DNA of 64,000 nt from Candidatus Bathyarchaeota archaeon (GTDB taxonomy: Archaea; Thermoproteota; Bathyarchaeia; Bathyarchaeales; DTEX01), in assembly GCA_963714275.1 (NCBI GenBank), contig CAVQNT010000002.1, positions 864,001-928,000 on the forward strand. The letters run 5' to 3'. Of the stretch, positions 50,962 to 60,884 are shown piece by piece. How positions within the stretch are numbered: position 1 is the stretch's first letter; the number at the start of each line of letters is the position of its first letter. Under the pieces are notes generated by a model. That model was not told the DNA's origin and made no database searches. It saw only the letters and a list, made by a program, of their open reading frames with translations. A program made the position numbers and the translations under genes.

Positions 50962-51082
50962 GTATCTCCTTTACTTTTTCTTTGTCTTCCGAGTTTTTTC
51001 TGAGGATGCCTAAAATTTGGGTCTCAAACTCAGACACGTACGGAATTGCTTCACCTGCTTTTTCAGCACGGGTTTTTGACAC
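50912..51082 (-). CDS. Small hypothetical protein overlapping the SMC-like ATPase start
   Basis: MSKTRAEKAGEAIPYVSEFETQILGILRKNSEDKEKVKEILEKY...; GGAG upstream and TTTATAAA about 55 nt upstream. Confidence 0.55.
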   Translation of the reverse strand: MSKTRAEKAGEAIPYVSEFETQILGILRKNSEDKEKVKEILEKYATRYSAEAGSGA

Positions 51083-51210
51083 TGTTCTTCGCTCCAAAAG
51101 AATACTTATCACTTACAGTAATAAAAGGGATTTAAACTTTATAAAACGCTTTCCAATAACAAAAGCAGTTTTCAATATATTTGTATCGAGCTTGTTTAGG
51201 TAGGGCTTTT

Positions 51211-52125
51211 TTAGTGAGTGGTTACATTACATTTTCTTATATAAGCCGTGTAATGCCATCCTTTAGTGTTGTTTTAGCTTTTGAATCCAAGCATTTTTTC
51301 CGCTTTTGCTGTGTCTGCCAATGTGTCGTTAACATAGTTTTTGATGGGATTTGGCTTGTAAATTGGTTTAATGTTTTTTCCGATTAGTCATTCAGTGAAT
51401 CGATGATTTGGTTGAAAGCTGTATGCAACTCCTGTTCCAACATTGAAAATTTCGTATTCAAAGTCTTTTTCCATAGCCGACATTAATGCTTTTACAACGT
51501 CTCCAACGTAAATAAAGTCCCTTGTCTGGTTTCCATCCCCAAAGATCGCGGGCTGTTCTTCCTTCAACATAGCCCAAAGAAATTGAGTGATTATGTTTGC
51601 GTATTTGCCCTTGTATTTTTCTTTTGGTCCGTATACGCTGAAAAACCGTAGGCCAATGGATTTTACGCCATATAAAGCGTTGTAGAGTTTTGCCAGCCTT
51701 TCAATTGAGTATCTGCATTCAGTGTAATAGTCTGTAACATATATGGGCATGTCTTCACGGTAAGGGGGTTTATTTCCATTATATAGGCTACTACTGCTTG
51801 CGTAGACAACGTTGCATTTTTTTTTCTTAGCATATTCAAAGACTGTAATTGCGTCATTTATTGCCTCACCGACGAGTTCAGGATTATTTCTATACATAGG
51901 CGAAGAAGATGGTATGCCAAGATGGAAAATCATGTCAGGCTTCTGAACAAGCGACTCCATTTTACTATAAGGTTCACTAAAAATTTTGGCTCCTAAGCCT
52001 TTAAGATTATTAGGATTTCCAGTGTTCATGTTGTCGAATACATTTACAGAATGTCTTTCGTTTAAAAGGCTTTCAACTAGATTACTACCAATGAAACCGC
52101 ATCCGCCCGTAACAATTGTCTTCAT
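51211..52125 (-). CDS. NAD-dependent epimerase/dehydratase, frameshifted near the C-terminus
   Basis: TGGCGFIG, ASSSSLY, FSVYGP, GDGNQTRDF, NVGTG, TLADT.KA...LGF. Confidence 0.85.
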
Positions 52126-52256
52126 CTAATAAGTCACCCTATAATTGTTCATTTTATCCTTTCAGCTCAGCTGACTATTTAGTTTTTATATGGTTATTTT
52201 TAAGCATTAAGTATTAATTAACAATTTTTAAAGTTCTTCTTTTTCATTCCAAATTT

Positions 52257-52541
52257 CTAGATTGTTTTCCTTTTGGACCTTTGTCGAATTGGTAGTTCAT
52301 AATTCTCGCCAATGAACCAGCCAAAAATGGCCACTAACGCTCCGAAAGTGATCATCAACAGTTGCGTAGGTATATCGAAGTTGAACACTGCTAGTGGACT
52401 AATAAAGATTACCAGCCCCGACACGTAGGCTAAGGCTCCGAAAACAGCTGAAACAGTCATGCCCACGATTTCATGAAGCTTCTTTCCTAAAATAAAACCA
52501 GCCAAAAACGTTATCAGGATCATGAGCCAACCAAGGTCCAT
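52257..52541 (-). CDS. Small membrane protein
   Basis: Three hydrophobic segments and a basic C-tail. Confidence 0.55.
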   Translation of the reverse strand: MDLGWLMILITFLAGFILGKKLHEIVGMTVSAVFGALAYVSGLVIFISPLAVFNFDIPTQLLMITFGALVAIFGWFIGENYELPIRQRSKRKTI

Positions 52542-52806
52542 TTTTACACTTTGCCCCTTCGTTCTTTTATGGACCCCTATCTTAAGCAATAACATTAAAT
52601 GGTTTGTGTATTATAAAACGATTCTTTGCATCAATATTTATGCACAAAGACGTGTAGGTACATCAAAGGTTGTCTTACCTATTACTAGTGACTAGTGTGC
52701 GTGAGTTTAAATTTTAATCTTTTTCTTCTTCTTTCTATTACTCTATACATTACCCCCTTCACTCACGCGCACGTGTGTGTGACTCACACAAAAAACACAA
52801 AATATC

Positions 52807-53610
52807 TTAAGAGAATATTAACAAAAATAGGGGGATTTCTGGAATCAGCTCGGTTTCGGTTTTCTTGTAATTGTAGTAAATGTCAATAAAAGCCAATCCC
52901 ACGAGCACGGTGAAGCCTGCGACGAGTATTGAGCCGATGAACGGGATTAGACTCAAGACGAAGCTGCCGACGATAGCTATGATTATGAGTATTATTATGT
53001 CGCCAAGTCTGTTGCCCAGTACTTTGAAGGCTATAGATATGCTGTCTCCTATTCCGGTTTCGTCTATGACCATTATGACGAACATCAGGATTACGACTGG
53101 AATAAGAATAATCGTAATCGCCAAAATGGCTCCGATTATGGAGGCAAGAATGAAGGGTAACATCCGTTTAACAACATAGTTGACACTCCTTGAAAGATCC
53201 AACTCCTCATTCAAGTAAGCATCCCTCGACATATCTATGGAAGCAAAAAACATAATGTAAGACACAACTGCCCCAATCAAATTCAAGATTACGCCAATTG
53301 CTGCCAGGCCGATTGCAGCAGGACCGAATAGGTCAGCGACCCACCACCATCCCAAGGGGAAGAACCACTGGGCAACAAGAGACAACACTGCAGAAACAAC
53401 TGCGCCGACCAGAGCCGGCACCAACACGTGAGGCTTTGAAGTAATAATGTTCACACCTTTCTGCAAAGAAGAAATCGCATCGGTCTTCTGAACTGGCGCA
53501 GTTTTAGCCTCTTCCTTCTTTTCTTCTCCGCCAACGAGATCGTGGCCACAATTAACACAGAATTTGGCGCCTTCTTCAACTTCTTTTCCGCAATTCGGAC
53601 AGAACAGCAT
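52807..53610 (-). CDS. Zinc-ribbon multi-pass membrane protein
   Basis: FCPNCG...FCVNCG followed by about 5-6 TMs; GGAGGG RBS. Confidence 0.8.
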   Translation of the reverse strand: MLFCPNCGKEVEEGAKFCVNCGHDLVGGEEKKEEAKTAPVQKTDAISSLQKGVNIITSKPHVLVPALVGAVVSAVLSLVAQWFFPLGWWWVADLFGPAAIGLAAIGVILNLIGAVVSYIMFFASIDMSRDAYLNEELDLSRSVNYVVKRMLPFILASIIGAILAITIILIPVVILMFVIMVIDETGIGDSISIAFKVLGNRLGDIIILIIIAIVGSFVLSLIPFIGSILVAGFTVLVGLAFIDIYYNYKKTETELIPEIPLFLLIFS

Positions 53611-54066
53611 GAAACTGCATTCCCTCCATATTTCTTTTTTCTATCTGCTTGAACACAAAATATAACGTGGAACTTTAAAAGCCTTTAAAAAAATTAAAAT
53701 TTAAAGGAAAAGTTGGAAATAGAGAGTGATTTTTCACTTGATAACATAATTAATGAAGGGAAAACCAGAGACAAGAAGCACGCCCTCATAGGAAAGTGTC
53801 TAGGTCCAAGTTCTGGGTTCTCATAATCCCCAATAACGGAAATCCTTTTGAGGCTATATATTTGACTGTATTTTTTCGATAAGGCTGAACCGCCAAAATA
53901 GTGAGCTATTCATACCGAGATTTCGCGCATGTCTCTCTTTTTCCTCTAATTGCGATTAACAGAAGCCATTTCAGCAAAAAATATTAGTGAGCTAGCGAGA
54001 GAAAAGAGACAATAATTAACTTTGGAGAAGAACTTAGAATGATGGTTTTAGCACATCAGTTTTTAC

Positions 54067-54598
54067 TTAGTTTCTGTTTAGGAGGTGTTTTAACATTGAG
54101 ATTAGGTCTTTTATGTCTAGAAGAATGATCATTATTCCTCCTAATGCAAGTGTTAAACTAAAGCCTTGTAGAACTTCAGCTAGGGTTGTCATCTTCCAGC
54201 CTAGCCAGATTCTTACTGGTTCTTTGTATAAAAAAATCATTATTGCTAATGTGATGGTTAGAAAAATGGCAATTCCAATGGACAGTAAGCCAACATGATA
54301 ATGATGAATTCTTTTTCCATGAAAACTTATTTTAAAAATAAAGAATCTCCATACTACTATAAAATATATTATAATCACTGTTAGGGGGGCTAAGGGGATC
54401 CAGAGTGGAATGCTTAGGTTGAAGGGCACTTGAACTGCGTAGAGTGGGCTTTTTTGCCAGAAAACTGTTATTACATGCTGGTCAAGGCGGATCCATAGGA
54501 AGTATCCGTCTAAGTGTTGGTTGAATATGATGCATATTGCGATGAAGGCGAAGAACAAGACTTACTATAATTTTTATTTTTGATTCCTTAATTTTCAT
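54067..54598 (-). CDS. Membrane protein with HHxH motif, 1 apparent frameshift at 54558
   Basis: RIHHYHVG motif, four TMs; ATG 54598 is in frame after an AGTCT>AGCT repair. Confidence 0.6.
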
Positions 54599-54695
54599 GG
54601 GTTTCTACCTTTATGTTTCATGAGATGTTCTAAGCCTTTTTTTCATGCGGACTGTGTGCTAAAGCAATGATCCTATGTTATTCATCATTACCTTT

Positions 54696-55939
54696 CTAGG
54701 TAACGTTTTTTGTGTGTCTTCCAGTCTTTTCTGTTTTAATCCATCTTCTTGGCAGTCTAAGGATCATCTGCATAAAAGCTGTTGCTGTTAGGATGCTTTG
54801 CAGGTTCCAGTAGGCGTATATGAATGGCAGCCAGATGACGTTTTTTATTTTCACTGGCTTTGTAACGTATATTAAGGCTACGCCTATGGTCAGAATAGTG
54901 GCAATTGCAAAAACCAGTGTGCCTTCTGCCATTACATTAAGTATTGGGTCGTGAATGGGGAACAAGAAGAGGTATAGCGACATTATGTAGCTCAGGAAGA
55001 AGAAAGAAAGCACGTATGGTCCCATCATTGTAACTTCAGCGTCGAATGTTTTTCTTTCAAACCTTTTTAAGAATCGTCCGTACTTAACAGCTACTTCCAT
55101 GTAACCTCGGTACCATCTTAGCCGTTGCTTAATCAGTTGAGAAAGATTTGAAGTACTTCTTGCCATGAGATAAGTTCAGGAGCTAATTTTATGCCGTAAC
55201 CTTTCTCCGTAATTCTTAGTGACATCTCCAAGTCTTCAACCAAGCAGTTTTCGTTCCATAATCCAACCTTCTCAATGACGTCTCTACGGATAAATTGGCA
55301 ACTTCCAGCTAGGGATACAAAAAGGTTGAGAGAGTCTTTTCCTTGTAAAAAGGTTTTAAGCCAAACTACCTCCTCATAGGATATCATCTTGGTCAACATG
55401 TTCTCATCAGCGTTTATTGTACAGGTGGTTCCCTGAACTGCTGCTATAGACGGATCTGTGAAGTATTCGGCTGCGTTTAGTAAGGTGTCAGGTTCAGGAA
55501 CATTGTCTGCGTCGAAAACGGCGACAATCTCTCCTTTTGCCTGTTTGAATCCGAAGTTTATGGCTGAAGGTTTTCCTGTTGAAACGTCACGGTGAAAGTA
55601 CTTTATGGTCTCGGGGCAGCGTGTAGCATAATCTTTACATATTTCTGGTGTTCTGTCTGATGAGCCATCTTCAACTAATATTATTTCCTTTTTTTCAGGT
55701 GGGTAGTTAAGCCGTACTAGGGCGTTCAATAGCCTTTCAGCAACTTTTTCTTCGTCCTTAAGAGGTACAATAATATTTATTGTGGGAAGATTGATGTTTG
55801 GCATTGCCTTGTTTTTTCTGTTTTTTGAATTTGATTGATGGAAGTGTCTTATTCCCATGGCTAGGATGGGGATGTTGTAGGCTGTCCAGACGTATATTAG
55901 AATCGTTAGAATGTAGGCAATCGCTAAGATTAGGTTCAT
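54696..55939 (-). CDS. Processive GT2 glycosyltransferase (cellulose synthase/PgaC-like), 1 apparent frameshift at 55155
   Basis: EDGSSD, GKPSAIN, FDAD, VEDL, QRLRW; N- and C-terminal TMs. Confidence 0.88.
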
Positions 55940-56594
55940 CTAGTCTTCCTTTTTACATTTTTTTTAATATTCTGCGAGAAGGGAAAGGTTCTTCTTCTCC
56001 TTTCTATCTCTCTCAGTGGGCAATTATCATTATTCTTCTACCTTTATATATAAAAATTAATGTAGCCAATCCTTTTACGTCATGGTGACAAGAATTCAGG
56101 TTGCTGGAGCTTCAATTTCAGATATTTATAGGGTTTAAAAAAAGAAGGGAAGGAGAAGGGATGACTTTTAAACTATGCGTTTCAAGTATGTCATCAATAA
56201 TAATTAGAAAAAGTCGTTTCAGAAGATGAGAATAATTGTTTAAAGTTGGTTAGCTGACTGTCGGGGACATGAAGTTTTACTTAGTGTGTGTATACTTGTA
56301 CCAGTTTTCAAAGTACAGTACATTTCTACGGCAGTTTTTTGGGACTAAGTAGATGACTGATGAAGAGCATGAGTTGTTTAGGTCTTTTTGGGAGAACATC
56401 AAGAAACTCAAACAGCCAGCCTGTTCTTGGTTCTAAGTAATGTTCAGCGCTGACTGGTTAGGTGTAACCTTACGGCATTTGAAGCTCTGGCTGAAACCGT
56501 ATCACAGTCCAATGTTAACGCTGAAGCAACTATGAGGGTGTCGGTGGGAAAACTTAAATAGGTGGGAATAATATCCTTTGGTGGGCAAAATACA

Positions 56595-56840
56595 ATGGAA
56601 ATCGTTAAAGTTGACGAGAAAGGCAGGATAGTCATTCCAAAAAGCCTCAGAGAGAAGACTGAAATGAAAGAAGGAAGCTATGTTACAGTTAAGGCCGAGA
56701 AGAAAGCCATACTCATTCAACCCCTGGAGCCAATTGCCAGAAAATACTTTGGAGCCTTCAAAATCGCCAAGTGGCCCAAAGACCTAGATGAATTTGTCGT
56801 CGAGGTTATGAAAGAATGGTGGACGCCGAAAGCTACGTAG
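56595..56840 (+). CDS. vapB: AbrB/MazE-type antitoxin
   Basis: VKVDEKGRIVIPK.LRE; overlaps the PIN gene. Confidence 0.85.
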   Translation: MEIVKVDEKGRIVIPKSLREKTEMKEGSYVTVKAEKKAILIQPLEPIARKYFGAFKIAKWPKDLDEFVVEVMKEWWTPKAT

Positions 56841-57241
56841 ACATCAACATCTTCATTTATTGGCTCGGTAAACATCCGACTTTCGGTGAAGCAGCATACG
56901 AGTGGATTAGAAAGATTGAGGACAGCCCTCGCGGGAAATACGTAACATCCAGCCTAACTCTGTACGAGACACTAGTGATTATCGCAGGTTTAACAGGTAG
57001 AAATCTGAAGGACAAACAACTAGTGGAAGGTGTCATCGCCTCAATAACAGGCCTCAAAGGCTTAGTGATTGACCAACTGATGCCTGAAGACCACATTCAA
57101 GCCGTCGAATTAATGAAGGAGTATGACCTTGACTACGAAGACTCCCTGCACCTAGCTGCAGCATTGAGAACAGGTGCAAAACAAATAATATCAAACGATG
57201 AAGACTTCGACAATACGCCATTGAAGAGAACTTTCCTCTAA
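56816..57241 (+). CDS. vapC: VapC PIN-domain toxin
   Basis: YVDINIF, E, DYEDSLHLA, IISNDEDFD. Confidence 0.88.
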   Translation: MVDAESYVDINIFIYWLGKHPTFGEAAYEWIRKIEDSPRGKYVTSSLTLYETLVIIAGLTGRNLKDKQLVEGVIASITGLKGLVIDQLMPEDHIQAVELMKEYDLDYEDSLHLAAALRTGAKQIISNDEDFDNTPLKRTFL

Positions 57242-57308
57242 CGGGAGCTCAATGACCAATGAGTCAGCTACTACAAGTAGAGAAGAATGTAAGAAGAAAA
57301 AATTAGAA

Positions 57309-58178
57309 TCAAATATATTCTTTTGCTTTATCCAGTAATTTGTCAATTTCAATAAAATTTTGTTTATAACTATTTTTTTTGTTATAAGTAACTGCTGAAG
57401 TAAGGAATGCTGCTGATGACAAAACTAATGCTATCATTAAGAGCCAACAGTCTATTGCAACATACTCACCTTTTGGACCCTGAGGACCAATATCACCAGT
57501 ATCGCCTTTGTCACCCTTAAGTCCTTGAGAACCTTGAGCACCTGTGTCTCCCTTAGGACCCTGAAGACCCATAATATTTGCCACAACTGTCCAAAAGCCA
57601 GAAACTTTGTAGTAAATATTACCGCTTAAAAGGTCTAAGTAGAAATCACCATTTATTCCCAGTTCACTTGAGGGTAAACCTGAACCATTATACCATCTTG
57701 TTCCTTCACCTGCTGGACCCATAGGACCAACTGGACCTTGTGGACCTGTATCTCCCTTAGAACCTTGAGGTCCCACTGGTCCTTGATCACCAGTATCTCC
57801 TTTTGGACCCTGTGGGCCTTTTGTATTCAAAACAGTAAAGGTTGCAGATGCTGACTTTCCATCTACTGTTACTGTTATATTATAGGTGCCTGGAGTCTGT
57901 GTCTGTATTGTCATTATTACACAGAATGTTCCATCATGTGATGTGCAGGAGTCTCCAAGCCAACCTGGGACGGCTACTCCATTCCAGAAGATATGAATAC
58001 CTTGGTTTTTAGGAAAGCCGCTTCCTATGACTGTTATCACAGAAATACCAGAACTTGGAGTCAATGAAATTGATGGCGATGGTTCTACACAAGCTGCTGC
58101 AACACCTAGACAGGCGAATGTCCGTAGCACCAGAATTGAGGTAACTACTAGCAAAATGGTCTTTTGGTAGTTGGTCAT
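57309..58178 (-). CDS. Membrane-anchored collagen-like surface protein
   Basis: Signal peptide, beta-rich (IPT/Ig-like) segment, two Gly-X-Y tracts separated by WYNGSGLPS..LGINGDFYLD..SGNIY, C-terminal TM. Confidence 0.8.
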   Translation of the reverse strand: MTNYQKTILLVVTSILVLRTFACLGVAAACVEPSPSISLTPSSGISVITVIGSGFPKNQGIHIFWNGVAVPGWLGDSCTSHDGTFCVIMTIQTQTPGTYNITVTVDGKSASATFTVLNTKGPQGPKGDTGDQGPVGPQGSKGDTGPQGPVGPMGPAGEGTRWYNGSGLPSSELGINGDFYLDLLSGNIYYKVSGFWTVVANIMGLQGPKGDTGAQGSQGLKGDKGDTGDIGPQGPKGEYVAIDCWLLMIALVLSSAAFLTSAVTYNKKNSYKQNFIEIDKLLDKAKEYI

Positions 58179-58514
58179 TCTTATCTAAAGAAGGCTTTCT
58201 AGCCAAAAAGATATGCTTTGTGAAAGTCTTTTTCAGAAGAATCTTATATATTAACATAGATCCTTGAGACATTGATTAACGAAGAAGCCTTGTTATTCGC
58301 TAAATACCTACGTGGCGAAAGAGAAACATGGGCTCCGAGAGTGTCATGTTTCGGTTGAATAGTCCTGTTAAATTATAGATGCATGGTATAGAGAATTGTA
58401 TCTATAAGTCTTATAATAATGAAATTAAAAAAGTCATTTGGGATAGTAATAGTGGTATGGAGTGTTATTAAGAAACATGAAGAGGAAAAAGAATATTATG
58501 AAGGTGAAACCCAT

Positions 58515-58889
58515 ATGCCTTTTTGCCCGAAATGTGATAAAGAAAATCCAGTAGAAGCCTCTTACTGTTTTGCTTGTGGAAGCCAGTTATATGTTGCACC
58601 CAATCCATCATATCAGGCGATACAATACTCCACTGCGCAATACACAGCCGCTAAGTTCAGATTTGACTCTACACCTTATGTGTTTGTAGGGACGATTTGC
58701 GCCTTAATCAGCATATTCTTTGTGCCACTGCTCTTTGGAATAATTGCTATAATATGTGGTGGAACGGTTCTGAGAAAAGCTATACAAAGCAGTCAGAGAC
58801 AACAAGGCTGGTTTGTTATAGCCCTAGGCGTTCTATGCATGGTTATTGGACTCATATTGGGAATGTTGGCGGTCCTACCTTACATGTAA
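58515..58889 (+). CDS. Zinc-ribbon membrane protein
   Basis: FCPKC...YCFACG, two C-terminal TMs; GGTGA RBS. Confidence 0.75.
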   Translation: MPFCPKCDKENPVEASYCFACGSQLYVAPNPSYQAIQYSTAQYTAAKFRFDSTPYVFVGTICALISIFFVPLLFGIIAIICGGTVLRKAIQSSQRQQGWFVIALGVLCMVIGLILGMLAVLPYM

Positions 58890-59203
58890 TACTCGCTTTA
58901 GCTTCTATCATGACACAAAACTTTTTGGAAGTACTCTTAAGAATCTCTATGTGCGTTTTTAGCGCGCGCGCTCTGGCTGTCGGTGACAAGTGTTGTGCCT
59001 ATTATAATTTATCTAGCTTCATCCGCTATCAGTATCAACTAATATTCCCAAATTCAAAGTTCCTCAATAACAACAAAAAGCAAGCAATTTTCTGTCTGAT
59101 AGTAATTGTGCATGCAGTGGCTTCAGTTCCAGTTTTGGCAATCCCTTGACCTAGAATTTATAGAAGTTAGTTAGTTAGCTCAGCTTGCTGGAAAGATGTG
59201 TCC

Positions 59204-59920
59204 TTATCGGTTGATGCGGATGACCAGCGCTCCGTCTCCGGTAATGCGGTCTGTGGTTGTAGTAACGTACACAGTGTACCCATATATGTTGAAGTAGTCG
59301 GGGTCTTCTCCTTGAGTAATTTTACGCTTGAGGAAGCTAATGGCATAATCGTTCATTCCGCCGCCAGCTACACCTGGAATGCTGCGGAAATACTGCGGAT
59401 CATCCTTCTCAATCTTAACCTCTGGAATGGGTGGCGTTGACCAGATGTCTCCACAAACTTCTCTAATAGCATTTTTAGCGAAGTTTTCGTCACTGGGCGG
59501 AGTTCCTACTACCACGGCATCAGAACGCCAAACGCCAAGAGATGACCTCGCGCGTTCAGCATACTCTTCGGGAGATAATGATCTGCGAAACAGAATCACG
59601 TATATTCTAATAAGCCCTGAGCCCACTTCTTTTACCATCCTTTCGGCTCTAGCTTCCTGCGGAGGGCTGACCTGGGGCGAAGCCGTCGGTTGTCTAACAC
59701 ATGCAGGTCGCGTGACAGCAGGAGCAATCTTTGACTTCCTAAGGCTTCTGTACCCACCATACGCTGCTGCAAGCGATATGCCCATTAATACGGTAACCAT
59801 GATGACTGCTATCGTACCATCTCCCGCTGCAATAATATAATAAACCACTGAAATTCCGCCTACAAACCAGATGAAACTAAGAAAGAACAGAAAGAAAGCA
59901 AGACCTTTCCACTTGCTCAT
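59204..59920 (-). CDS. Hypothetical membrane protein (2 TMs, Pro-rich linker, soluble domain)
   Basis: 238-aa ORF with hydrophobic N-terminus. Confidence 0.6.
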   Translation of the reverse strand: MSKWKGLAFFLFFLSFIWFVGGISVVYYIIAAGDGTIAVIMVTVLMGISLAAAYGGYRSLRKSKIAPAVTRPACVRQPTASPQVSPPQEARAERMVKEVGSGLIRIYVILFRRSLSPEEYAERARSSLGVWRSDAVVVGTPPSDENFAKNAIREVCGDIWSTPPIPEVKIEKDDPQYFRSIPGVAGGGMNDYAISFLKRKITQGEDPDYFNIYGYTVYVTTTTDRITGDGALVIRINR

Positions 59921-59985
59921 TCCTTATTCCGCCTTGTCTCACCATTGTTATATAGCTTTTAATTAGGTTTATGGTGCTTCAACAA

Positions 59986-60303
59986 AACCTGTCTGTCTAT
60001 ACAATCTCTGTAAGGTTTTTCTGGGTCTGTGTTCGGTGAACACTTCGCCTTTAGTAGCTAACTTCATATTCGGAAAAGACCAAAAGATCTGGGCTGCAAA
60101 GAAGGTTGCACAATATGGTGATTTACAAGCCATTTCTGTCTTGAAGGAATACTTAGAAGTGGAAAAAGATGAAGATGTTAAGAGAGCTTGTCAAGAAGCT
60201 ATCGCTACTGTTGAAAGATTAAAAGAAAGAGAAGAAGAAGGTTAAATTTTAATTCCTTCCTTCCTTCTCTTTCGAATACTCCCTCTCCCTAAACAGACAG
60301 GTT
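59986..60303. mobile_element. 318-bp unit bounded by 14-bp inverted repeats, carrying a HEAT-repeat fragment (MITE-like)
   Basis: AACCTGTCTGTCTA (59986-59999) and TAAACAGACAGGTT (60290-60303) are 13/14 complementary; no TSD seen. Confidence 0.5.
60036..60245 (+). pseudogene. HEAT/PBS-lyase repeat fragment
   Basis: WAAKKVAQYGD.QAI.VL...LE.EKDEDVKRACQEAI. Confidence 0.6.
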
Positions 60304-60750
60304 CCCTTAAATTTCATTCAAACAAAGAAAACATCCTATATGAAGATCATACAACATACACTAAATGCAACTAAAGTAAAAACATTCTACGAAACGCTGA
60401 ATTAGAAATTCCACCATGTTGGGTTTTGGCTAGAAAACATTTTCGGGTAGTTACTCAGAACAATCGCTTTCCAAAACTTAACAAGATAAGAAACAGGCTG
60501 ACTTAAGGGAACTAAGAATGCTGTGTGTTGAATATGCTCCTGTTCATGTTTATTTCAGCGTTTTGGATTGGCTTTTCCCTGAGAGAGTGGGAAGGAAAAG
60601 CAAGTCTAACAAGGCTGAACCAGCCAGTGACGAGTATGTTTTTGATGTCGATTAGCGTGCGTGCGCTATTTTTATCCGTATATCCTTTTTAGAAAAGGGA
60701 TGTACTCGACATCCATATATTATTATTTTAATAAGAGCATACAATATGTA

Positions 60751-60804
60751 TTAAACATTTATAATGTTCTAAAGATGTTAAACATTTATAATGTTCTAGA
60801 GATT
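60751..60804. promoter_or_regulatory. Tandem 27-bp repeat, each copy with palindrome AACATT-TAT-AATGTT (putative operator pair)
   Basis: TTAAACATTTATAATGTTCTAAAGATG and TTAAACATTTATAATGTTCTAGAGATT (25/27), about 80-130 nt upstream of the Thr-rich gene. Confidence 0.65.
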
Positions 60805-60884
60805 TGTTTCATCAAGTTTTATAGTAATATATATTAACATTTAGACTATGAAAGTAAAGCTAGCTCAGCTAAACAAGTGATAAA

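Noticed and set aside
432-55939. Mass pseudogenisation or programmed frameshifting of thiL, larA, moeA, korB, acr3, the GH94 gene, the SMC-like gene and GT2
   Set aside because: Breaks are single-base indels at AGCT or in homopolymers, with no accumulation of stops; sequencing error is the simpler explanation.
60540-60660. Possible epimerase N-terminal remnant (KNILVTG) on the minus strand
   Set aside because: Similarity is limited to seven residues and the glycine-rich motif is not continued.
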